Source: Schizochytrium sp. TIO01
Lineage: Eukaryota; Protista; Bigyra: Labyrinthulomycetes
Reading direction: 5' to 3'
Length of the DNA: 64,000 nucleotides
NCBI GenBank assembly: GCA_004764695.1
Contig: SMSO01000014.1
Coordinates: 3,033,648-3,097,647, forward strand
Below the pieces are notes generated by a model. The model had not been told where the DNA came from. It was given only the letters and a program-made list of their open reading frames with translations, and ran no database searches. Below, in pieces: positions 1-10,452 of the stretch. A program made the position numbers and the translations under genes. Within the stretch, counting starts at the first letter, position 1. Each line of letters begins with the position of its first letter.

Positions 1-375
1 TCAACTTTGTTTTTCAATCTTTCTTTATTTTTTTTACATACAAACATACATACATACATGTAGAATATATAATTAAAAAAACATTTTAAATTAAAACTAT
101 TCAATCTTAAAAAAGAGGCCTCGAGAGTTGCCAGGAAGATCCAAATATCGCAAGGCCTTCTTTCGTCCGCTTCTTCCGACACCCGCAGCCTAAGAGTGTC
201 CTACCGCGCCGCTGCGGAAAACCCAGAGGGCGCCTTCTTTCCTCCCTCCCTCCCTTCCTTCCTTACGTGCCTATCTACCGCTGGATGCGAAGAAAGCTAA
301 GCTAAGATAGGCTTTGCGTTCCCAGGCGGGCACCAAACCGATGCTGAGGAGCCAGGAATTCGAGAGAACTCGCGG

Positions 376-423
376 TTCTTCTTCTTCTTCTTCTGCTTCT
401 GCTTCTGCTTCTGCTTCTTCTTC
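376..423. repeat. (TTC)n/(TTCTGC)n microsatellite
   Basis: Direct reading of tandem TTC and TTCTGC units; explains the low-complexity ORFs at 297-538. Confidence 0.9.
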
Positions 424-1606
424 TCGTGGTCGTGGCGCCGTCGCGATCTTGAAAAAGATACCGCTTCTGGTGAGTTAGTTGGTAGGTAATTGACAATCGT
501 GGGAAGTGAAAACTGCGCGGACTCACGAGCACACACACGCGGCAGAGGGTCGCGGGCTACCGTAAACTGTACCAGTCGGGACCAGGGTTATCGAGGTGTG
601 GAGGGAGGGAGGAGGATCGTGATCTTACGATCGATGCCTTCGCCTTCGAAGTTTGCCATTCTTTGCCTTTGCCACTCTTTGCCTCTGCTGCCTCTCGGTC
701 CCTCAGTCTCTACGTCGCTCGCTCAGCCTGCCATCCGAAACGCACAGACGGACATACATAAACACACGCACACGCACGAAGCGACGCCAGCCCAGAAGAT
801 CTCGCTCGCCCTCGATAACCCAGGGCCCGATGGAGCCCAATCGATGATGGTGCAAACAGCGGCTGCACTAACTCCCCCCGTGACCCTCCCTGGCGCTCCA
901 ACACCGCAGGAGATAGGCTGGTTCGCGACCGCCAAACCCGAAAAGGCCAGAACGGGGGCAGTCTCTAATTCCTCGCCCTGCTTGGAGGCATTGTTTCTGC
1001 GTACATATACGTATATATATACATATGTACATATATACGTATATATTATTTACATCTATATATTTTTAAAGGAATTAAGAAGAATAAAAAACTATGAGTT
1101 TCGATTCATTGAAAACTAATTTATTTTAGTGTAATTTGTGTTGAAAAAGATAATTAGATCTTCACTCAATTCGTAAAGTTAAAGGGATAATGAAATGAAG
1201 GATGATAAACTTCCTCTTCCTGTTGCTAATAACACTCTGCTAGCTAGAACGAGAGGGAGAAATAAGAAAGAGGCGCTTTCTTCGTTGCTATGTCCTACCG
1301 AGAGAGGGGCGATCGATCTATCTCTGCTCTTGAGGCGACCGGGATGCCGCCGCAGCTGGAGCCGAGAAGGAGAGGCCTCGCCGCGCGGCAAACAAGCCGC
1401 CGAGGCCTCCGCAGACTGGCCAAGCCCAGGCAGCAGCCGAGCCATCCTTTGCAACCGCTCCTCGGCCTCTTCGGGCCAGGACCGCTGCGATGCGCAGGCT
1501 CTTGTGCTTTCTTTCGTTTATGTAGAAAGTTTCGGCGAGCTGCCGTTTTCATCGAACTGTTAAGGCGGCTTTGCTTTGCTTTGCTTTGCTTTGCTTTGCT
1601 CTGTTT

Positions 1607-1835
1607 TCATTCATTCATTCATTCATTCTGATTGATTGATGTATTGATGTATTGATTGATGTATTGATTGATGTATTGATTGATGTATTGATTGATGTAT
1701 TGATTGATGTATTGATTGATGTATTGATTGATGTATTGATTGATGTATTGATTGATGTATTGATTGATGTAATGATTGATGTAATGATTGATGTAATGAT
1801 TGATGCATTCATTCATTCATTCATTCATTCATTCA
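1607..1835. repeat. 12-bp minisatellite (ATTGATTGATGT)n flanked on both sides by (ATTC)n
   Basis: About 14 tandem 12-mers from ~1631 to ~1805, the last three with a T>A variant; (ATTC)n tracts lie either side. Confidence 0.95.
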
Positions 1836-2143
1836 TGCCCAGAAAGCAAATGACGATTCCAACTGCTGAAGCATGGAAACTTGAGCTTTGCAGAGCGCCC
1901 AAAGCGAAGGCCTCGCGTTTCAAAGAAGGCGCGTGTCTGTGCGACGCAAGCGGCTCCAGAGGGCCTCGGCTGCCTTCGAATAGGATGAACGTCTGCGACG
2001 CGATGGACCTTCAACTAAATTGCGCGATGATCGCGTCGGATGGGCCTTAGGGAAGAACGAGAAGGTTGGCGTCTTGCTCTCTTTGCCCTCTTTTGCTAAT
2101 TCCAAGTCTACTCTCATTCTTTTCACGGGTTCTCATTGAAAAC

Positions 2144-2157
2144 AGAAGAAGAAGAAG

Positions 2158-2187
<30 letters not shown>
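2144..2187. repeat. (GAA)n microsatellite
   Basis: Uninterrupted GAA run. Confidence 0.95.
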
Positions 2188-2188
<1 letters not shown>

Positions 2189-2644
2189 TACGGCCGAGCG
2201 AAGGGAATTGAGGCACTTTCCTCGAGTTCTCCAAATAAATACTCGAACTAAAGGCTCTGGCCCTAAAAGAGTACGCGTGGAAAACTAAATATTGCAGAAC
2301 TTGAAAGATAAGATGCGGCTGTTTCTATTTATATATATATAATTTTAAATTAAAATAATCATATATGTGTGGTGTGCTTTAAATGCTTCGTTTGTTCAGT
2401 TTTTGTTTTTAAGTTGAGTAAAGAAAACAGTAAATTTTATTCAAATCGAGTTCACGGTCTTTGAAAAGGCTCAGAGAGGCTTCAGCGGCGGCGGTTCTCT
2501 CGTTCCGGAGGGCGTAAACCCGGTCGTGAGAAACAAACAAACAAACAAAGATGCAGACCCACAAACAGGCAGATAAACAGCCGTTAGGTAGTTCGTTTGC
2601 TTATCTCTCGTCAGTCTGTTCGCTGCTTTCCAAAGAGCCTGAAA

Positions 2645-2695
2645 AACAAACAAACAAACAAACAAACAAACAAACAAACAAACAAACAAACAAAC
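2645..2695. repeat. (AAAC)n microsatellite
   Basis: Uninterrupted AAAC run; a shorter copy lies at ~2531-2549. Confidence 0.95.
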
Positions 2696-4325
2696 GAACG
2701 AAAGCGCACGAAGCCGTCTCTCCCTCTGGGTATCCGCTACCTAGCCAAATGCCTAGCCTTGCGAGTACTCCTCTAGTAGCGAGCGGCGGTGGGTTAAAAA
2801 GGTTTTGGCGTCTGTTGCCGGCTCTGCGGGAAGAAAAGGGAACTTACCAAGAACCAACTAACTAACTAATTTCTAATTCCTAATTTCTAATTTTAAAACA
2901 AAATTAAAAAATAAGTAACTAACTAAGTGCAGAACTAACGATGATGATCAATCAATCAGACCATCCTCGATTGATGATTGATACCAATTGATCAATTGAC
3001 CGAATGGTTTCGAGTCGGTTGGCGCATTGACTACTTGCTTAGTTACCTGCTCGCTTGCTTGCTTACTTGCGTACTTACTTTCTGGTCGCGAGAAGGAGAG
3101 GAGGCCGGTGGTCGATGAGTCGATAAGCTGGATCCGAAGGCGATTCAGCTGAGCCGCTCCAGTTGTTCGCCAGCCCAGCTCGAGCACCCGCCACCTCAGA
3201 GAAAGAAGGGCTCATTCATTCATTTTCATTCATTTGTTTGTTTGTTTGTTTATTTGTTTATTTGTTTCCTGTGAGTTTCAAGGTATGAGATTCTGATTTT
3301 CATGAGCATCATCTTATGATTTTATTATTTGCAGATAAATAGTAAGAAGGCTGACGAACAACGTAAAAGGTACGGCTGTTCCTCCTGGTTTGATGCAGGT
3401 TGCTTTAGTTAGGTAAATAAGCCGCTCAGGTGGGGCGGGAAGACACCTGTAAAGCGGTAGTTTCTACAGCTATTTTCCTTCGAAAGCGCTCGCCCATCGC
3501 GGGTTTGGATGATTTGTACAAAGGTCGCACACCTCGTTAAAAGTTATTCCTTTAAAAATAAATAAATAAATAACTTTTTTATTTTTATTTTTTTAATTTA
3601 TAACAAAAAGAAAGTTAAATTGTTATAGAATTAAGTGAAGAGGAGAGCGAGGAGGTCCATAGCGACGGTATTGGCTTCAAAAAGAGGCCCATCCCGCGCG
3701 AGGCAGATCGCGTTCTCTCGGGAGCGCCCAAAGGACTTGCTTTAAAGACTTTGCTTCTTTGCTTCTTTGCTTCTTTGCTTTCTTGCTTTACTCAACTCGC
3801 TCGTTCGCTTGGGTTGGATGAAATCTTTCCTTTGGCCCGTTGGCTCATCTCCGGAGAGCGGGTGATCCGAGGCGCCGCGCGGACAAGAGCTCAGCTCTGG
3901 AAAGCCGTCAAAGACGCAGAGGTGCATCACCGAAGCGTACGAAGGAAGGCACAGACAGCTTTCTTTGGGCAGATCGAGATTCGGCCCAGAGGGGCGGCGG
4001 CTTTTTTCGCGGTTCTGTGATCGTTCCACGGGTTCCGGACAGCGGGATGATGGATGATGGACTTTTAATTGAAGTGAAAATGTTGAACTTGAACTTGAAC
4101 ATTCATTTATTTATTTATTCATTCATTCATTCAGGATGGATGGATGGATGGATGGACGGTTTAAGAGATCAGAGATAGACGTGGGCTTGCGAAGAGACTT
4201 GACTTGAGGGTCTTAGGCTCTGGAGGGTGACCTTTTAAAGAGCTGGGCGGAGGAGCGAGAGAGGAGAAGAGGAGGCAGCAGACGGCTTTGAGGGAAAACG
4301 AAAACGAAAACGAAGAAGAAGGGAG

Positions 4326-4326
<1 letters not shown>

Positions 4327-4384
<58 letters not shown>

Positions 4385-4426
4385 TATTTCTTTATTTCTT
4401 TATTTATTTATTTATTTATTTATTTT
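4327..4426. repeat. compound (TTTC)n to (TTTA)n microsatellite
   Basis: TTTC units grade into TTTA units. Confidence 0.95.
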
Positions 4427-5307
4427 AGGAGGAGAAGAATGAACAAATCAAACTAAACGCGAACCTGCATAGATTAGTCAGTAAGGTAGGGCTGGAAAGA
4501 AAAGAAAAGAAAAGAAAAGAAAATGAAACCTGCTCTTCTGACGAATAGTTCTCTATATCGAGAGCCCGGCAGATAGGTGTACATACGTATAAAACACTCT
4601 ATCATTTTAAACAATTCAAACAATGGCGCTTGAAATATTAAAAGCTGCAATAGGATCAACCTAGGTGATACCATAACGACAAGACATGAAGACTCCCCTT
4701 TTATTCAATTTTTGCTTTTAAAAGGACGCTTCTTTTTGCTTTATCTATCAAAGTTTAAAAAGAGAGAGAGAGAGAGAATTGAAAACTTGAAAAGGGCAGA
4801 CGAGCTGGAGAACCTGGAGCAGAATAAAGCAGAATCAGAACCCGGTTGGCGGCGAACAAGACGGACACGCGAAGAGCACGCGGAGCCTGCGCAGGCCAGG
4901 CCAGGGTTGTATAGAAGCCATCGGTAGGCCGGACGCTGCTGCAGAGGGAGAACAGAGGCCAGCGAGGCCGGAAACGAAGCACCTAGCTAGCAGGCTGGTA
5001 AAAATTACAAGAGGAATTTCTATTTGGTAGTAGCAGAAGTGAGTGAGTGAGTGAGCGACTTCTTAGTTGGCTAGCCAAGGCAAGAGTGCCTACAGATAAG
5101 CGAGCAAGCATTAGCGGCAAGCAAACACGCAAGCAGCAGCAGCAGCAGCAGCAGCAGTAGCAGCAGGTCATAGAAAAGAGTAATACGTACCTAGAAGTGG
5201 TTTTGTTCGTGCTCGAGCGGGAGGAAGGCAAAACCAAATCACCTCGAGGAGGCGGGCACTTGAGTTGTTCTTGATGTCAAGTTAGGACAAGAACAAACGA
5301 GAGCAAA

Positions 5308-7149
5308 ATGACTGCCTTTTATGTTGAGGATAACTTTCGTAGCGAAGTCGTACTGTCGAAGATTGCGAACCATGTGCACGAGCATTATGTTGAAAGTCGG
5401 AGGCTGAGGTTGAGTTCGTCACTTAGCTTGTCAGACTCGATTGAAGACTCAGAGGAAGAGGAGGAAGAGGACACGGAAAACTCTTCAGAGCAATTGCAAA
5501 GGGATTATCACTATGCTGTGGGGGCCGAGGCGCAGACTCGCTGGGATCCAGCTGACCGTACCTGGGCGACAGACCTTTGGGAGATCACTGGTGTAGAACG
5601 AAGTACACTGCTTATCCGTAACACTTGCAAGTGCTCGGTCGTCGTGCTGAGTCAAGATGGCACCTTGATGAGATCGATCATGCCAGGACAAGAGGTGCTC
5701 ATCGTGCCTTTGGACTGGCCCACTGTGAATCGAATTTGGATTGCCGAGACAGGCCGCCATCTCTTCCGCTATGTACAAGTCGATTTACGCGTACCGCAAA
5801 AGCGAAAGGGCATCGTCGTACGGTCTTCACACTTGCGAGATACGCGAGGGTGGTTTCAGCCTAATGGCGCACGCAAGCGTGAACTGGTACTGGCAGGCCA
5901 CCAAATCGCTGCGACCCGGATTCAAAGCATAATCCGTGGTTTTCTTGTCAGGAAACCAACTCGTTGCCACCATTGCTGGCGCGTTGCCATGCGCTGCTTT
6001 GTTCAGGACGTGGTCCCGAGCGAATGTGACCAAAGAGCTATGCTCCGAATTTTACCCATGCTCCAAGAAGCTGGAATTGTACAAAATATTTTGCAGCATG
6101 AAAAACTAGAGCGAAACCAGGATCAGGCATTCCTACGCCCTTCATATTACAAACAGCACTCCACGAACAACTCAAAGTCTGCACAATTTGTGTGGTCTGC
6201 TCTGTACTACACTGCGCAAGCAAAGGAACTCCCCCAGCAGAGTAATCATGGTGTGAAACCAACAAAGGCTCAGTTTTGCCACTTGTGCCTTGAGAAGGTC
6301 ATTAAGGAAGAGATCGAGGTCCATCAAAACTTAAACATTGCGTTCCCTTGTTTTCACAACACCTTTATGAGCCAAGATTTAATTCATAAACTTGCAACGA
6401 AGTCTTGCCTCGACAAGACTACTGAAATTCAAAAACGCCAAAACAATGCCGCAACTCGTCTTCAAGCTACATGGAGAATGTCTGTCCTGAGGAGACGCGT
6501 TGTTTGCCTTATTTGCGCTGAAGAGAAACCCAGTGGCTTTATGGAATCGCATGACCACGATAATGGTGCTGATCCATGCTTTTGCTGCAAAGCGTGCTGG
6601 ATGCAGCATATTCGTGTTTGTGTTGAAGATGGTCGGTTCCAGGTACGATGCCCGTTTTACGCGTCCTGTGGTATGCCGCTCCAGACTGAGGATATCCAAC
6701 ACCTGGCTGGTAGTAACCTTATGCAACGCTTCATTATGAACCGTGAACGAAACCACGCCGAGTATGTCTCGACACTCCGTGAAGGCAATGCAGATGCGCT
6801 CTTCCTTTCTTGGGCAAATCAATATACTCGGGTTTGTCCGCAATGTTCAGTCATTATTTATCGGTTCCGTGGTTGCGACCTCATGCATTGCACCTGCGGA
6901 TATTCATTCGATTGGAAAGCCGGCCCTCGATTAGAAGCCCCGCTACCAGAGGGTACCAAGCAAGTGCTTGATAACGATCCATACGTTGTCGAAAGGGAAA
7001 ACAACACGATCAGCATTCCGGACCATGCTCAAGGAAATGAACAAATGTGGCAAGCCTCCACAAGCTCCTTGCCAAAAGTTCGTTCTTATCATGGCCGTAA
7101 GTCTCCACTTCGGAAGTTTTCCCGCCTTCGACGCTGGTTCGCTTTCTAA
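5308..7149 (+). CDS. IQ-motif, RING-finger (RBR/Ariadne-like) E3 ubiquitin ligase-like protein, 613 aa
   Basis: ATG in AAAATG context. Two IQ motifs (AATRIQSIIRGFLVRK, AATRLQATWRMSVLRR). RING1-like CLIC...FCCKACW...VRCPFYASC. RING2/Rcat-like CPQCSVIIYRFRGCDLMHCTCGYSF. Confidence 0.85.
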   Translation: MTAFYVEDNFRSEVVLSKIANHVHEHYVESRRLRLSSSLSLSDSIEDSEEEEEEDTENSSEQLQRDYHYAVGAEAQTRWDPADRTWATDLWEITGVERSTLLIRNTCKCSVVVLSQDGTLMRSIMPGQEVLIVPLDWPTVNRIWIAETGRHLFRYVQVDLRVPQKRKGIVVRSSHLRDTRGWFQPNGARKRELVLAGHQIAATRIQSIIRGFLVRKPTRCHHCWRVAMRCFVQDVVPSECDQRAMLRILPMLQEAGIVQNILQHEKLERNQDQAFLRPSYYKQHSTNNSKSAQFVWSALYYTAQAKELPQQSNHGVKPTKAQFCHLCLEKVIKEEIEVHQNLNIAFPCFHNTFMSQDLIHKLATKSCLDKTTEIQKRQNNAATRLQATWRMSVLRRRVVCLICAEEKPSGFMESHDHDNGADPCFCCKACWMQHIRVCVEDGRFQVRCPFYASCGMPLQTEDIQHLAGSNLMQRFIMNRERNHAEYVSTLREGNADALFLSWANQYTRVCPQCSVIIYRFRGCDLMHCTCGYSFDWKAGPRLEAPLPEGTKQVLDNDPYVVERENNTISIPDHAQGNEQMWQASTSSLPKVRSYHGRKSPLRKFSRLRRWFAF

Positions 7150-7726
7150 ACTCCACCCCCCATATTTTGCGACAACTATTTAACACATCCTACTAATGCT
7201 TTCATAATATTAATAACTTATCAAGTTTAGAAATTAATTACGTGCATACGAATCGAAGTTTTGCCATAAAAGGGATAAATTCAATCGAAAAGCCAAGGAC
7301 TTATTTCCTACCTCCACGCGACTGGTTCCTGTTAAAGTCTCCCCTTTTCCCCTCGTTGATAAGAGACTCCTCTGAAATATCAATTGTAATCGTACTTTTG
7401 AAATGATATTTTGTTTGTTTTTTTATCACTTCGTTTCTCTCGGCATCTACTAAGTACGACAATGCTTGGCATGTAAAACCCATCTCGGCTTTGTAGACAC
7501 CTGACACGACAGTACATGAACCTTTCCAAAATTCACTTACGCCTGGCTAGACTACCAACTACTACTAATAGATTACTAGGCAGACCTTTGTAAACCAGAC
7601 AGCACGAATCCCCAAATTGGAAAAGGTAATAAAAATAAAAAAAAAAGAGCATGAGGAAACTGCAAAAGGCCAATCACAGGCCGCAAATAAACACGACGCA
7701 GCGGCCTCAGATCAGGCTGCACTGCA

Positions 7727-9769
7727 ATGATAGGTCGCAAGAAGCGCCCCACTGTTAGTTTGACAGACTCGGACTCAGAGGTTTCCAAACGCCGCAACAC
7801 TCGCACTCATGTTGAGGAAACTGACGCCGCTGGAGTGCTGCCGCAATTAGCCACGGACAATAACAATAGCAGCAACGAGAATAACAATATCAGCCATAGC
7901 TTTATCGATTCGAGAGACTTCGCGCAAGAGAGCGACCTTGAGAACGAAGACATTGGTCAAGAAAATGCTGATCACGGCATACACAGGCTTGGTGATCAAG
8001 GAGATAATGAAGACTCAACTCATCATCCGCATAATCACCAGCAGCTTCAACAGCAAATTCATGATCTGAATGAGATTGAAGAGGAAGATGACAATACGGT
8101 TCAACATGAACTGCAGCCAAATTATTCTCTGAGCAATCATGAAGCTAACAACGATGATGATGCTAACCTTGACTCGGAAGCCCATGTAGTCGACATGAAC
8201 ACAGAGCATGAAAATCATGTACAGCAGAACGTTCATGATGTCACCAGCATTAACGATGGGCATGGTCATAATGACATAGACATTCACCCCGGTGAGGATG
8301 AACAGCATCATGTGGAACATCATAGTATTCAGGAAGAGACGCATTTTCACCAAGCAGATGAAAGTCAGGTCAGGGATTCGCATCACATACATGTAGAAGA
8401 AGGACATGACCACTCTGGTGCTGAAGTTGATGCACAAAATCAACACTCGAGTGACCTCACAGGATCTGGCCATGAGGAAGTTGGTCTATCTGCACTTCAA
8501 GATAACATGCCAAGCTTTGATGAATCAGGAATGATCAATGAGGCAGCTACGGGGGTGTCGGAAGGAGATCTTGATCATAACGGTTTGTCTGGAGAGGGCG
8601 ATGAAAATCAGCCACCCCTTGAACCTGACCGCGAGGTAGCTGCTCTACTTGCGATGCGTGCATTATCAGCTCACTTCAAGGCCACTGCTGGTCTATGGCT
8701 TCGAAGTCGATTGCAAAATCATTTTGAGAGCTGGCTTTGGCGACGAAGAGAGGATGTTGGTGCTCAATCAGTTTTGTTTCATGTTAGCAAGGAAATGCTA
8801 CCTGAAGAAGAACTGTGCCGCAAACTTTCAGCGGTTGGAGCAGATGATGCTGTAGGCATCTCTGCGTCACTAGATGCTAAAATTTCTGAAATTCATGATC
8901 AGATTGCTATTGCAGACCGTCACAATGAGGATAGTATGTTACCCAGAGGTTGCGTAAGTCGAGAAGATCTATCTGCACTTATGTGCTCCTTTCGGTATAT
9001 TGGCCATGATGGGACTCCACTAGTTGCAATTCCTTTACTAAAGTCATATTACGAAGGTCGTTTGCGGGACCTCTGGCGGAGTGCCAACCCTGATGTGGAC
9101 GAAAATGAAAAGCCACATGCCTATGATGAAGCAGTTTTCTGCTTGCTATGCCGATACCTTGCCTTGCAAGGTGGTGAGTTGAAGGGTTCTGGTGTGAATC
9201 AATGTGGTGTACTAGACACCGTTCTAGATGTACTACAAACAGAGTTTGATATAGAAGGAGAATGTTTTGGTTCACCACTGAACTCTCGTCTTCCTTGGTT
9301 TTGCACAATGTTTCCAGATGTAGACCGTCAATTTGGGAGCCAGGGTGACTTTTTTGATCAAGATTTTATCCGAGGATCGTTTGAGGCTCATCCACCCTAC
9401 ACACCTTCTGTGGTTATTCGTATGTATGAACACCTACGCGGCGCTTTGGAACGCGCCGAGGCAGCAGATGAAATACTTCAATTTTTTGTGATTATACCGC
9501 ACTGGCCGTCTCGAGCCCAAGTTCTTGCCTCAGATGCTTACGCGCGCTTGGACGAATCATCTTTCAAAACCAGTGATCTAGTTTTACGTCGATCTCGTCA
9601 TGCATTTCGGGAAGGCGGCCAGCACTACAAGGGTGATTCAGAGGTGAGAGTATCATCTGATGCAAGCACGGTTTTTATTCTACAAACGCGAGCAGCCTCG
9701 AAAGTCTACTCAGTAACGGCTGCACGGAGAGCTGCCTTGGAAAAGTCCTTTGAACCTCCTAGTCATTAA
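7727..9769 (+). CDS. PCIF1/CAPAM-like cap-adjacent adenosine N6-methyltransferase-domain protein with an acidic His-rich N-terminus, 680 aa
   Basis: PCIF1-family motifs CLLCRY, ECFGSPLN, FPDVDRQFGSQGDFF, GSFEAHPPY and FFVIIPHW; basic NLS-like start GRKKRP. Confidence 0.85.
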   Translation: MIGRKKRPTVSLTDSDSEVSKRRNTRTHVEETDAAGVLPQLATDNNNSSNENNNISHSFIDSRDFAQESDLENEDIGQENADHGIHRLGDQGDNEDSTHHPHNHQQLQQQIHDLNEIEEEDDNTVQHELQPNYSLSNHEANNDDDANLDSEAHVVDMNTEHENHVQQNVHDVTSINDGHGHNDIDIHPGEDEQHHVEHHSIQEETHFHQADESQVRDSHHIHVEEGHDHSGAEVDAQNQHSSDLTGSGHEEVGLSALQDNMPSFDESGMINEAATGVSEGDLDHNGLSGEGDENQPPLEPDREVAALLAMRALSAHFKATAGLWLRSRLQNHFESWLWRRREDVGAQSVLFHVSKEMLPEEELCRKLSAVGADDAVGISASLDAKISEIHDQIAIADRHNEDSMLPRGCVSREDLSALMCSFRYIGHDGTPLVAIPLLKSYYEGRLRDLWRSANPDVDENEKPHAYDEAVFCLLCRYLALQGGELKGSGVNQCGVLDTVLDVLQTEFDIEGECFGSPLNSRLPWFCTMFPDVDRQFGSQGDFFDQDFIRGSFEAHPPYTPSVVIRMYEHLRGALERAEAADEILQFFVIIPHWPSRAQVLASDAYARLDESSFKTSDLVLRRSRHAFREGGQHYKGDSEVRVSSDASTVFILQTRAASKVYSVTAARRAALEKSFEPPSH

Positions 9770-10452
9770 AAACCAGGCAGGACAGAACCACATTATTTGA
9801 GATGGTCGGATCTGTGATTTGTTTCAACAGCTGCATATAGAAAAATGTTAATAGTTTCACGGAGGATAAATTATCTACCTTTCGATTTTTCCTACCGCTT
9901 CATTTAAATTTTTGAGGGAGCACATGAAATGACTTTGCTCATGACATGCTACTGTGTACCAATAAGTAAAGAAGTAAAGGTTTGCCTTATTTAAATTATC
10001 ATTCTCATTTACAATCGCAAACTGAGTATCTCATTTGCATTCCCCTTTTGTATGCTTGGTGATGATGTATCATCATTAATAGTAGCGCAGTGCAGAAGCG
10101 TAATAGATACATAAATTAAAGAAAAACGAAAATTTAAAGGCAAAAGTAGAAACCTCGACTTGTTTTGCGCTTTTCCTGCCAGAATTTAATGATCATAGTA
10201 TGGCAAGAGCCGGCTTGGGAACTATCCAGCTGAATGCACGGAGGGACCTGGAGGTTTCGTGTTGATTGTAATGAATAAGCACTAGTGATTAGTTCAACGA
10301 AGAAACCTCAAACTTCACAACCAGTTTCAAACCCAGATAGAGATGTACTGAGGCCACCGTTTACTTTCGCCACCGCTATGAGCGGGTCTATTGCGATTAG
10401 GTGTCCTACATATTTATTTAAGGAATACAAACAATCGCGCAAGATGCGATTT

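Noticed and set aside
1615-2050. Repetitive ORFs (INTS)n, (INQY)n, (HQSI)n, (IDVL)n and a CRISPR-like regular look
   Set aside because: These are translations of a 12-bp minisatellite; there are no unique spacers and no cas genes.
10250-10308. Imperfect hairpin GAGGTTTC..GTTGA/TCAAC..GAAACCTC between convergent genes, considered as SECIS or pre-miRNA
   Set aside because: SECIS core spacing is not met, no Sec-type in-frame TGA occurs in the adjacent genes, and the loop is large.
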